DNA from: Nitrososphaeraceae archaeon
Lineage (GTDB): Archaea; Thermoproteota; Nitrososphaeria; Nitrososphaerales; Nitrososphaeraceae
Assembly (NCBI GenBank): GCA_035252175.1
Contig: DATFDI010000052.1
Span: 5,193-69,192, forward strand
Length of the DNA stretch: 64,000 bases
Direction of reading: 5' to 3'
Shown: positions 40,812 to 50,169 of the stretch, one piece after another
Numbering within the stretch: position 1 is the first letter of the stretch
Layout: each line of letters starts with the position of its first letter
Translations under genes and position numbers: made by a program
The notes under the pieces: model-generated
Told to the model about the DNA's origin: nothing
The model's input: the letters and a program-made list of their open reading frames with translations, nothing else
Database searches by the model: none

Positions 40812-40961
40812 ATGGATATCACAAAAGAAGTAAAGGAAGAAGAAATTCTAACATGCGCCTATTGTCAGTCTAAATTCAAAAATAAGTCAGAACTATCGAA
40901 GCATATAGATAGAATACATACTGGTTTAGGATTGCTAGAAGGAAACAGAGGTCAGTGGTAA
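40812..40961 (+). CDS. C2H2 zinc-finger protein
   Basis: 'CAYCQSKFKNKSELSKHIDRIH'. ATG at 40812 is preferred over the TTG at 40749. Confidence 0.5.
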   Translation: MDITKEVKEEEILTCAYCQSKFKNKSELSKHIDRIHTGLGLLEGNRGQW

Positions 40962-41195
40962 AACTGAGCACATTAGTATCTGCATCAAACAATAGATCAC
41001 TATCCTATGTCTATGGATACTAATGAGTATAGTTTTGCATACGCATAACCTCGCGCATAAGAAATGCTATAGATCAGAGTATAGAGATACACCATTGCAT
41101 TAGCCAAGCGACTACATGGCAAAAAACAGGATCAGATCTAATGCTGTCTACTGTGGTAACAACGTCATTATTTCAATAATCCAAAAATTCACAAT

Positions 41196-41492
41196 TTATA
41201 AATCTTCAAACCTAGTCCTGCATCTAGTACAATATATTGAGTCATCATTTGCTGCCAAGCCGCATTTTGTACATGCTTTCATGATTGTGGACGGCGGTAC
41301 ATCGAGTCTACTTCCACATTTTGAACATACGTCTTGTCCTTGCGAGTTCGCTGTACCACAAAATCTGCAATAAATCCTTTCAGATGTGTTATTTGTTTTT
41401 GAGCTACTATCTAATTGTACTTCTCGTTCTACTTCCATTTCTCTCCCTTTGGGTTTGGTAATTTTGTTGGCTATTTTACGGAACAGTTCCAT
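41196..41492 (-). CDS. double zinc-ribbon protein
   Basis: 'CRFCG...CSKCG' and 'CTKCG...CTRC'. Confidence 0.6.
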   Translation of the reverse strand: MELFRKIANKITKPKGREMEVEREVQLDSSSKTNNTSERIYCRFCGTANSQGQDVCSKCGSRLDVPPSTIMKACTKCGLAANDDSIYCTRCRTRFEDL

Positions 41493-41609
41493 ACATTCAT
41501 CAATATGCTTTCATACTAGTTAAAGAAAATCTTTACCAAATGTTTAATCAAATATATTCCAGGTTAGGAAAAATAGTTACCTTATGAACCAAAAAATACA
41601 ATTTTTCAT

Positions 41610-41828
41610 CTATCTTTCTGTGGCGGCAGCGGCTGATGGTGCTACTGCTGCTGATGTTGATGCCGATGCCGCTGCTACTGCATTTTTGACAGCAAGTTGG
41701 TATGTGACTGCTGCTATTTGATGATTATCAAATTTACCGGTAAAATATCCTCCTATATCGATGGTGTAGTTAAAGTAATCTCCTGGCTTCAGTGGCATTG
41801 TATTAGGTGCAGATTGTGTTCTGTTCAT
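41610..41828 (-). CDS. hypothetical protein with an Ala/Ser-rich tail
   Basis: ORF only. Confidence 0.3.
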   Translation of the reverse strand: MNRTQSAPNTMPLKPGDYFNYTIDIGGYFTGKFDNHQIAAVTYQLAVKNAVAAASASTSAAVAPSAAAATER

Positions 41829-41975
41829 AATGTGATGGCAATATTACTATATCAATGCTGATAAAATATGTATAGGATATTTATGCTCCAACAACATTGC
41901 AGTTATGCTCACCGTGTCGTAGGATTCAGACAATTCTTATATAGCATCCCTAGGTCAATATTTTTGAAATAAAAT

Positions 41976-42233
41976 ATGGCAGAGTCAGTATCAAACTGGG
42001 AGTCAACTATTCAAAAAACAGTCAGATCAAGTGAAGGAAATTTAATAGGAAACGTTGATGCAATAGATGAAAATTCCATATTGGTATCCACAGAAGGTGG
42101 AAGGACAAGGTACAAGATACCAAAACATATTGTGCAGGGTTTTGATGGTCATCAAGTGTCACTTAATGTACAGAAATCAGAACTTGAAAGATTCAAGGGA
42201 GCTGAAGCTGAAGGTTTTAGAGAGGTAAAATAA
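41976..42233 (+). CDS. hypothetical small beta-barrel-like protein
   Basis: Shows the pattern 'G..iG.V..id.n.ilV' ... 'Y.IP...V'. ORF 44863..45117 has a similar architecture. Confidence 0.4.
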   Translation: MAESVSNWESTIQKTVRSSEGNLIGNVDAIDENSILVSTEGGRTRYKIPKHIVQGFDGHQVSLNVQKSELERFKGAEAEGFREVK

Positions 42234-42520
42234 TATTAATGATAATAGTGACGTTCATATAGTTAGTGATTGGGATTATATCATTATTCCTTGATTGATG
42301 CTCAATTACAGACTTATGTACTTTTAGAGGACATTTTTTAGAGGACACCAATACCATTAGTATCGCTTTTGTACAATTGACAAGCATTTTTACATATGTA
42401 ATAGCGGAGTATCTCTATAGAGAATGTGATATGAAGTCAGACAAAACTGAATAAATAATGTCATCATTCATTAGTTGATTGACCCTAAAATTAACATACT
42501 TGTGATATATTTACCTAGAT

Positions 42521-43321
42521 ATGAATCTGAATTGGATTAGCCACATAATAAATTATCATGGGCCCAAGCTAAACATCATAATGAAACACTGTGTCAAAAT
42601 ATGTCTTGTTGCATGCATGTTAACACTACCGTTGATGATGACTAGCCTCAATGCAATCGTTGTCTCAAAAGCTAATGGTGAAATGTATCATTTCCATTAC
42701 TATTATCCGTATTATCAGTCAAATGAAAACCCAATCTCAAAAGTTGGTATTGCAGAGAATAATACAAGTAATATCAATAGTGATGGAAATAGAGGTGGTA
42801 ATACTAGTAATATTGGCACTAATGGCACTGGCAGTAATACTAATGGCGGTAGGTCCATATGTAATATTCCTGCCCCATCAAACGCTAATAGGAGTAGGCT
42901 AAATGTCAATGTACTTCCACCAAAGATACTGATGAATTATGCTGGCATAGTGTATTCTGGAGATTTGTCTGAGGCAAAATATAGAGCAGGAATAAACTTT
43001 CCCGAACTTCATATTCGACCACAAAACGTATCTGCTAATCTTCCTTCAAACATTGTACACATCAAAAATGATTCTTGTATCCAATTTGTAATCGTAGGCA
43101 CTCCTAAGCTACTTCCACCAAGCAGTCTAGCAGTAACAGCATATTATGCTATCAATGGAACTGCAGCAGCAGTGCTTGATGCTACAGATTATGACAATAC
43201 AATATTTAGAATGAACCTAAGCAAAGGAAATTACATATTGATAGCGGTAGCAACTTGGCTACCTGGAAGTGAAGATGTTACTGGATATGTCATATACAAA
43301 TTTGTTGTAAGTATTGAATGA
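42521..43321 (+). CDS. secreted hypothetical protein
   Basis: Signal/anchor 'CVKICLVACMLTLPLMMTSLNA' and an Asn/Gly/Thr-rich linker. Confidence 0.5.
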   Translation: MNLNWISHIINYHGPKLNIIMKHCVKICLVACMLTLPLMMTSLNAIVVSKANGEMYHFHYYYPYYQSNENPISKVGIAENNTSNINSDGNRGGNTSNIGTNGTGSNTNGGRSICNIPAPSNANRSRLNVNVLPPKILMNYAGIVYSGDLSEAKYRAGINFPELHIRPQNVSANLPSNIVHIKNDSCIQFVIVGTPKLLPPSSLAVTAYYAINGTAAAVLDATDYDNTIFRMNLSKGNYILIAVATWLPGSEDVTGYVIYKFVVSIE

Positions 43322-43615
43322 CAATGTATAACAACAAAGAATTAAACGAGTCTGACCACCACAACGAAGCTTATCTAAAAGAAAAAATGCATACACGAAC
43401 TTACAGTATGGTTATTCATTATTCTAAAATGTAGCAGAATTGGCTGTTACAGATTTGTATATAGGGCATGTTGCTTGAATCACAAGCAGTCTAATTCTAG
43501 AATAACTTGACGTATGGGTCAGAAATTCTTTCTTATTTTTAGTATTAACCATATGTAGAGAAAATCCAAAGATTCATTTTTATAGTATCTTCAATGAGTC
43601 ATACAACAGTAGAAA

Positions 43616-44071
43616 TTGTCTTCATCAACAGCAGAATCACATCCAAAATTTTCTAAAATAATGGTAGCAATTGACGGTTCAGAGCATTCATTGAAGGCAG
43701 CAGAATATGCTTTAGACTTTGCAAAATCTTTCAATGCTAAGATCTTTGCAATTACTGTCACTTCTGTTCCAGAGTCGTATCATCTTAGGCAAGAGGATGT
43801 ATTAGAAGAATCAAGTAAAATGGATGATAGCAAAGCGTGGCTTGACGAATTTGATCGTGCAGCGAAAACAGGCAATATCGAATTAAAAACAGAACTAATT
43901 AACAGTCACAGACCAGTAGATTACGTTATATTAGAATATGCAGAAGAAAAGAATATTGATCTTATAGTAGTTGGAACAAAAGGAAGATCTGGTTTTAAGA
44001 AATTATTACTTGGAAGTGTCGCATCTTCGATTGTGAGTTATGCTCATTGCCCTGTGATGGTCGTAAAGTAA
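43616..44071 (+). CDS. universal stress protein (UspA family)
   Basis: 'ILVAIDGSEHS' ... 'VVGTKGRSGFKKLLLGSVASSIVSYAHCPVMVV'. Confidence 0.85.
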   Translation: MSSSTAESHPKFSKIMVAIDGSEHSLKAAEYALDFAKSFNAKIFAITVTSVPESYHLRQEDVLEESSKMDDSKAWLDEFDRAAKTGNIELKTELINSHRPVDYVILEYAEEKNIDLIVVGTKGRSGFKKLLLGSVASSIVSYAHCPVMVVK

Positions 44072-44214
44072 CGATTTATAATTTTGCTATTGGATTTTGG
44101 GATATTGCCATGCTTATAGGGAGAACTTGCTTATGTCAATGCCTAATTTTTTCATTAGTTATATAGCCACAGGACTAATTTCTTCAGCTTCCAGACTTAT
44201 TTCAATAACCTACG

Positions 44215-44239
44215 GGAGCATTTTTAGAAAAAATGCTCC
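44215..44239. terminator. 11-bp perfect hairpin GGAGCATTTTT-aga-AAAAATGCTCC between convergent genes
   Basis: Read directly. The T5/A5 arms would supply an oligo-U tract in either orientation. Confidence 0.4.
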
Positions 44240-44328
44240 ATCTTTAATGTAACAAGACAATATTCAAGAGCTTGTCTTAGGGATGGAGAATTATCTGATG
44301 CGATGTTATTGTAGTCATTGCTATCTTG

Positions 44329-44526
44329 CTAACCGTATATCTCTATTGGGATTATTACAGGAGAAATTCTCTCCATCTCCTCTTTAATCCAGTGGCAAGT
44401 CCAGCAAAACCCGCATCTAAAGCAAGAGAATTGTGTTCTATTCTTGCAGGAGTTACAGTAAGTGTATTTTGTATCTCTTAAATACTCATGTATCTTAGGT
44501 TTACTGACTTGTGAGTACTTTTTCAC
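44329..44526 (-). CDS. small Cys-rich protein
   Basis: 'CNSCKNRTQFSCFRCGFCWTCHW'. Confidence 0.4.
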   Translation of the reverse strand: MKKYSQVSKPKIHEYLRDTKYTYCNSCKNRTQFSCFRCGFCWTCHWIKEEMERISPVIIPIEIYG

Positions 44527-44862
44527 ATCATCCTAGCATCCACAGGGCACAACAAAAACCTACCCTATAGAAATATCATATCTCTACATAGTAAATTATA
44601 TCTAAGGTTTTCACATTGATCTAATTTATCAGCTATACTTGTGAGAACAAATACATTAGCAGAATTAAAAGTCAATACTTTTCTGGCTAATGATTTTGAT
44701 TTGACTCATCTTTATATCTATGTAAACCACATATACGTATTAGACTACTATATAGTGAATCGTGTTTTACGTGATCTATATTGAGATCATAACATCTTGA
44801 TGTTTCATATATGATTACATTATAAAGTTAAACTGTGGAGGTATTGGAAAGGAGTACTGTCT

Positions 44863-45117
44863 ATGAATTTTAATCTGTCAAAGAGGGAAGCAAGAGATGT
44901 CAATGATCAAGAGTTAGGCAAAGTACTGGAAGTGGATCACAATTATGTTTTGATAGAAAACGGAACATCATATAATGATGGAAGATTCTATATCCCCCTA
45001 TATTTATTAGAAAAATATGATGAGAATACTTTATGGTTTAGAATAGACCAAGAAGAGGCTAGGAATAACTTTACAATATATTCGCAACCAATATCAAATT
45101 TGATCAATGCCTCCTAA
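44863..45117 (+). CDS. hypothetical small protein
   Basis: ORF; similar architecture to 41976..42233. Confidence 0.4.
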   Translation: MNFNLSKREARDVNDQELGKVLEVDHNYVLIENGTSYNDGRFYIPLYLLEKYDENTLWFRIDQEEARNNFTIYSQPISNLINAS

Positions 45118-45275
45118 ATCAGGACTGGAAAAGAAGTAACATTCATTTACATATGTGATTACTGGGTACGCATATATTTGTATACACAGTCTGCATTGAT
45201 CCTCGTATGTGTACAATTAAGAAATCAGCTATGTTTTCATAAAGCGGATTGTATAAATTTGTGGTGTTACGTTGA

Positions 45276-46070
45276 GTGAACAATATAGAACAAAAGCAGA
45301 AGTCTAATTCGCAGAGAAGAATAAAGAGACGAAAAGTTACTACTCCACTTGTACCTTCAATGGATGCCAGACCAATAGAGTATTATGCTCATATTATCCC
45401 TTATTTACAGAAAATTGAAATTAAAGGTAGATTTATTGTGATAGAAGGACCTGATGCTTCAGGTAGAAGTACACAGATTACAATGATAACTTCTAAGCTT
45501 GAATCAGATGGCCATGCTGTTTTGAATACAGGCTTGAGACGTTCAGAATTGATCAGTGAGGGAATACTAGAGGCAAAGAGAAACTTTGCTCTTGGAAAGA
45601 GAACATTAAGTTTGTTTTATGCTGCCGATTTTGCAGATCAGCTTGAGAATAGAATAATACCTGCTTTACGTGCAGGCTACATTGTACTTGCTGATAGGTA
45701 CATATATACGCTTATGGCTCGAGATGCTGTTAGAGGAATAGGAAGAGTCTGGTCACACAATCTATTTGGATTTGCTATAAAACCAGATCTGGTATTCTAT
45801 CTTGATGTTAGCCCAAACGAGCTGATTCACAGAGTATTTCAGAAAAACTCTTCACTAGATTATTATGAATCAGGTGCTGATCTCAGATTATCAGATGATA
45901 TGTTAAATTCGTTCTTGATTTATCAAAAACTCCTTGCAAAAGAATTTCGCAGAATGCAAAAACACTATAGCATAGAGTATATAAACGGAAATCGATCTAT
46001 AGTAGAAATTAATAACGACTTACAAGGACGAATTGATAAATTTCTTGGTACCAATCAGTTAGCAGCATAA
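45276..46070 (+). CDS. thymidylate-kinase-like protein A (degenerate P-loop)
   Basis: 'IVIEGPDASGRSTQI' P-loop with Arg in place of Lys, plus 'VLADRYIYT' (DRY motif). GTG start; an alternative ATG lies at 45360. Confidence 0.8.
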   Translation: MNNIEQKQKSNSQRRIKRRKVTTPLVPSMDARPIEYYAHIIPYLQKIEIKGRFIVIEGPDASGRSTQITMITSKLESDGHAVLNTGLRRSELISEGILEAKRNFALGKRTLSLFYAADFADQLENRIIPALRAGYIVLADRYIYTLMARDAVRGIGRVWSHNLFGFAIKPDLVFYLDVSPNELIHRVFQKNSSLDYYESGADLRLSDDMLNSFLIYQKLLAKEFRRMQKHYSIEYINGNRSIVEINNDLQGRIDKFLGTNQLAA

Positions 46071-46306
46071 CACCGTGGATCTTCCATATCTAATTCAATA
46101 ATAGATCGCCATTATATAATGATGTAATTATTGGAAGATCATTATTGAAGTAAATTTAAAACTAATCTGATTGTAAGATAAATAGCTGTCTACGACATTC
46201 GCCTGTTCCATATATATGAAATAGTACTGAAAATGATGTAGTTAAATGGGTGCAGATATGAGCACAATAATAACATAACGGCAAGACAAAGACATCAATT
46301 TATACT

Positions 46307-46549
46307 TCATCTGGTAATGTTGATTGGCTTAATAATATCTTTATTATTCTCCAGCTCCGTAAGATCATTGGCATTTGCAGCTTTTTTTGCAGCATTAAAG
46401 ATGATCTTTGCAACATATAGATCTATTCCCATTGTTGAAGCAATCCGACTCGGTCCACTCTTGATTATGGAGTCGACAGTGAAATCTGCATGGACAAGTG
46501 CATCTTTGAGGCCATTCGCAATTTCAAGCCTATGAATATCGAGATACAT
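46307..46549 (-). CDS. small helix-hairpin-helix protein
   Basis: 'IASTMGIDLYVAKIIFNAA' is HhH-like. Confidence 0.45.
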   Translation of the reverse strand: MYLDIHRLEIANGLKDALVHADFTVDSIIKSGPSRIASTMGIDLYVAKIIFNAAKKAANANDLTELENNKDIIKPINITR

Positions 46550-46829
46550 CCTATAATCAAAATAGTTACTTATGGAACAAAAATCTATTCAATATGAAAT
46601 AAGATTATCACACGATGATAATATAGATCTATGTGATCTATAAATCACTAAACGACAATAATACACTATGTTATAGGATTTCAAGTTAGACGTATTTGAT
46701 ATTTAATAGTCTATGTTTACTTGTATTCATGCTATCTAATAACTTTAATTGCATCAACAGCGAAAAGACGAAACGAAAATTTTTTAGATGGTGTTGTATG
46801 TACGGTTAAGATAATATAACTATTACCAT

Positions 46830-47363
46830 ATGTTTTTTGTTATGGACATGTTCATTTTGCGACATGGTGAAGCAGGCAAAAAAATCACTGGGGGAAATAA
46901 TAAAGATTCTGAAAGAGCTCTCACTGTTACCGGTCAAAAAGAGATGGCTGATATAGCAAATTCCCTCAAAGATTTGGGAATTAAGTTTGATCTTATAATT
47001 AGCAGTCCTTTAAAGAGAGCACATCAAACCGCGGCAATTGTTGCAAAGACACTTAAGAATGAAAAGAAAATAGAAGATTGGAATGAACTCAAGCCTGAAG
47101 GTAACAGACAAGATCTTTACCGTAAATTATCTTCGTCAACACGATTCAAACAATATTCATCTGTTCTTATCGTAGGACATGAACCATATCTTACAGAAAT
47201 GATAAGTGACATAATATCTGATGGAAAGGGCGGAGATGGACATATTGTCCTCAAGAAGGCAGGACTCGCAAAACTGACAATAACTTCTTTTACACCTCCA
47301 AACTTACATGGCGAATTAAAATGGCTACTTACTCCAAGGCATATAAGAAAAATGGGAAAATAA
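46830..47363 (+). CDS. sixA: SixA-like phosphohistidine phosphatase (histidine phosphatase superfamily)
   Basis: 'ILRHGEAG' catalytic RHG and a second 'VGHEP'. The start may be one of the downstream Met codons (46842 or 46848). Confidence 0.8.
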   Translation: MFFVMDMFILRHGEAGKKITGGNNKDSERALTVTGQKEMADIANSLKDLGIKFDLIISSPLKRAHQTAAIVAKTLKNEKKIEDWNELKPEGNRQDLYRKLSSSTRFKQYSSVLIVGHEPYLTEMISDIISDGKGGDGHIVLKKAGLAKLTITSFTPPNLHGELKWLLTPRHIRKMGK

Positions 47364-47630
47364 ATTTTCTTTGATATGTGTAGGTAAGTATTACGTACAA
47401 GATCAATTTTTATTATCCCATGTTTAATCATCGTCCGCGCAGAACAACTAATAAAATGCGATTCAGGTCTGTGGTTAGCGATTTCAACACAAAATAGTTG
47501 ATATATACTCACGAAATGAACTATATCATCTATATGGCAGTCAATTAGAATCTAGCAAGAAAATTATATAAATTTACATCAGAAGTGAAATAAAGAACAT
47601 AATGCTTACTCATCAGGACGAAAACTAGCT

Positions 47631-49187
47631 TTGAAAATATCGGTAATAGATGTTGGCTTTAATTCTGCCAAATTAGTCAATTATTATATAGAGAAAGATC
47701 ATTCATACGCGCCATATAGTCAGGAAGGAGTGACAGTCAGACTTGGAGAAGGAGTTGATGAATCTAGATTTCTGAATGAATCATCAATTCGCCGCACTAT
47801 TGATGCTTTAAAACTATTCCGCGATATTGTCAAATTTGAATCAGTAGATCATGTGCTTGCAGTCACAACAAGTGCTGTAAGAGAGGCAAATAACAAGGAT
47901 GATTTTCTTGCAGAGGTTTATCAAAAGACTGGTTTTCGGTTAAGAGTACTATCAGGCAAAGAGGAATCTCTATACTCATTTGGTGGAGCGTTGAGGAGTA
48001 TCTGTCTTCCTACTACACTTTTCTTTGATTTAGGCGGTGGTAGTCTGGAAATGGTGTATTCAGAAAACTTCAAAATTAAGAAAATTATCTCGCTACCTCT
48101 TGGTGCATTAAGGCTGTCGAATCTTTATAATGATGATAATAACTCTAAATCATTTACCAAGAAAAATTATGGCAGACTTGAACGACATATACTGCAAGAG
48201 CTTCCAGAAAGAAAAGAGCTTGAATTAAGTCCAGATACTATTCTAGTTGGTGTGGGTGGTACATTGCGAGCTATAACAAGATATGATCAAGATTTGAATA
48301 ATTATATCCTTGACAAAATTCACAATTATAGATTAGACTACGAATCTGTTAACTTAATTAGCAGAAAATTTTTTAAAATGACTGTAGATGAAATTGCTGA
48401 AATTGATGCAGTTGGAAACAACAGGGCAGAAACGATTACTGCTGGTTCTTGTATAATTAAGATACTCATGAAAAAACTTGGGTTCAACGGGGTTGTTGTA
48501 AGTGCTCAAGGACTTAGGGAAGGTATTCTTTTATCATTTTTGGAATCACCACAACAATATGATAAAGAAAGTATAACCCAGAATAAAATTCAAAATCACA
48601 TTCGAGTTAATTGTGAACTAGCAATAACTTCGAAGCATAGTGGAGACCTAATATCGCCACTAATTTCTAATAGGATACTCAAAGAGAAAGAATATCTAAT
48701 TCTCAACTTGGCTATAAAGCAAATGTCAAAGATACCCGCTACCACTAGTCTATACAATCTCTTTTATACACTCATTGATGAAGATCTTGCATATCTAACT
48801 CACAGTGAGCAATTGATCTTGGCATTGTCTATAATACATACAAAGAAACCGAAGATCGCAAACTGGTTATTCAAAAGATATGACTCAATTCTACGATCCC
48901 AAAATAAAAGATCCATTGAAAAAATTTCGGCATGTATTGTAATACTAGCTATTCTTGAAAGAACCAAATGTCATGTCAATTTGACATTTTATAATGAAAA
49001 GAAAATTGTTGTTGCAGTTGTGCTTGATGATAATATTAAATTTCCCGAAATGTTATTTAGAAACGCACTAAAAAAATTTGAAACCACTTTTAACGTTGTC
49101 GTAGATTTTTCAATTTCCATAAAGTCGAACAGGGGGACAACAACTACTAGTACAACAGCAATGAGAAAAGAGATACTGCTGAGATAG
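47631..49187 (+). CDS. ppx: Ppx/GppA family exopolyphosphatase
   Basis: 'VIDVGFNSAKL', 'DLGGGSLE' and 'VGVGGTLR' are ASKHA-fold Ppx/GppA motifs. There is a long helical C-terminal domain. Confidence 0.85.
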   Translation: MKISVIDVGFNSAKLVNYYIEKDHSYAPYSQEGVTVRLGEGVDESRFLNESSIRRTIDALKLFRDIVKFESVDHVLAVTTSAVREANNKDDFLAEVYQKTGFRLRVLSGKEESLYSFGGALRSICLPTTLFFDLGGGSLEMVYSENFKIKKIISLPLGALRLSNLYNDDNNSKSFTKKNYGRLERHILQELPERKELELSPDTILVGVGGTLRAITRYDQDLNNYILDKIHNYRLDYESVNLISRKFFKMTVDEIAEIDAVGNNRAETITAGSCIIKILMKKLGFNGVVVSAQGLREGILLSFLESPQQYDKESITQNKIQNHIRVNCELAITSKHSGDLISPLISNRILKEKEYLILNLAIKQMSKIPATTSLYNLFYTLIDEDLAYLTHSEQLILALSIIHTKKPKIANWLFKRYDSILRSQNKRSIEKISACIVILAILERTKCHVNLTFYNEKKIVVAVVLDDNIKFPEMLFRNALKKFETTFNVVVDFSISIKSNRGTTTTSTTAMRKEILLR

Positions 49188-49249
49188 AGATCATGTATCA
49201 AATTGTGAGTATAAATAAGTGGACATAAATAAGAGGAATAGACATTCAC

Positions 49250-50029
49250 TTGAAAAAAAATAACGATACCGATCATTCATCATCATCACTATCACAACAA
49301 CTACAACTACAACAACAACAAGATTATGCAAGCAAGTTAGAAGTAAAAGGCAAGCTTGTTGTAGTAGAGGGAATTGATGGTTCAGGCAAATCAACTCAAA
49401 TCAGACTAGTTGGCAAGTGGTTAAAGTCCAGATTGATTCCAGTTTTTATGACTGAATGGAATTCATCAGAATTGGTCAAAGAAATAACATCCAAAGGCAA
49501 GAAAAAAAATAGACTTACTCCTACAACTTTTAGTCTTTTACATGCAACTGATTTTGCAGATAGATATGAGCGCAATATATTCCCCCTATTGCGCGCTGGA
49601 TACATTGTATTAGCAGATAGATATGTGTATACTGCATATGCAAGAGACATAGTCAGAGGTTGCAGTCCAAAGTGGATTCGCAAAGTTTACGACTTTGCAG
49701 TAAAACCTGATGCCGTTTTTTACTTTAGAGTACCTATTGATGTTGCTATTGAAAGAATATCTGTAGGTAGGCCTAAACTGAAGTATTATGAAGCAGGAAT
49801 GGATCTGAATTTAAGTAATGACCCATATGATAGTTATAGGATTTTCCAAAGCAGAATCATTGAACAATATGAATCTATGATTAAACCTGAGCAATTTATA
49901 GTCATAGATGGAACATCAGGTATTGAAGAACAACAGCAATTAGTGAGAAAGACCATTATTAAGATACTTCCACATAAAGAAGGACAAATTACAAGAATCC
50001 ATACCCAACAGCAACAACCTAGGCTATAG
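49250..50029 (+). CDS. thymidylate-kinase-like protein B (canonical P-loop)
   Basis: 'VVVEGIDGSGKSTQI' and 'VLADRYVYT'. TTG start. The S/Q-rich N-terminus is encoded by imperfect trinucleotide repeats. Confidence 0.8.
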   Translation: MKKNNDTDHSSSSLSQQLQLQQQQDYASKLEVKGKLVVVEGIDGSGKSTQIRLVGKWLKSRLIPVFMTEWNSSELVKEITSKGKKKNRLTPTTFSLLHATDFADRYERNIFPLLRAGYIVLADRYVYTAYARDIVRGCSPKWIRKVYDFAVKPDAVFYFRVPIDVAIERISVGRPKLKYYEAGMDLNLSNDPYDSYRIFQSRIIEQYESMIKPEQFIVIDGTSGIEEQQQLVRKTIIKILPHKEGQITRIHTQQQQPRL

Positions 50030-50079
50030 AGAGGATAAGTCACGCAAGTTTGTAAAAGAACATAAATAAACGTTTACAT

Positions 50080-50099
50080 ACACGAAGGTCGCTTCGTGT
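50080..50099. terminator. hairpin ACACGAAG-gtcg-CTTCGTGT between convergent genes
   Basis: Read directly. Confidence 0.35.
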
Positions 50100-50169
50100 T
50101 GCTACTATGCAAATTTATACTATCACGAATTTCTTCTTGATAATAAATCATATTCTACGTGGGAACTGT

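Noticed and set aside
48989-49394. Minus-strand ORFs with poly-Val runs
   Set aside because: They lie antisense to the ppx 3' end and to the CAA/CTA-repeat-encoded Q/S-rich N-terminus of Tmk-like B.
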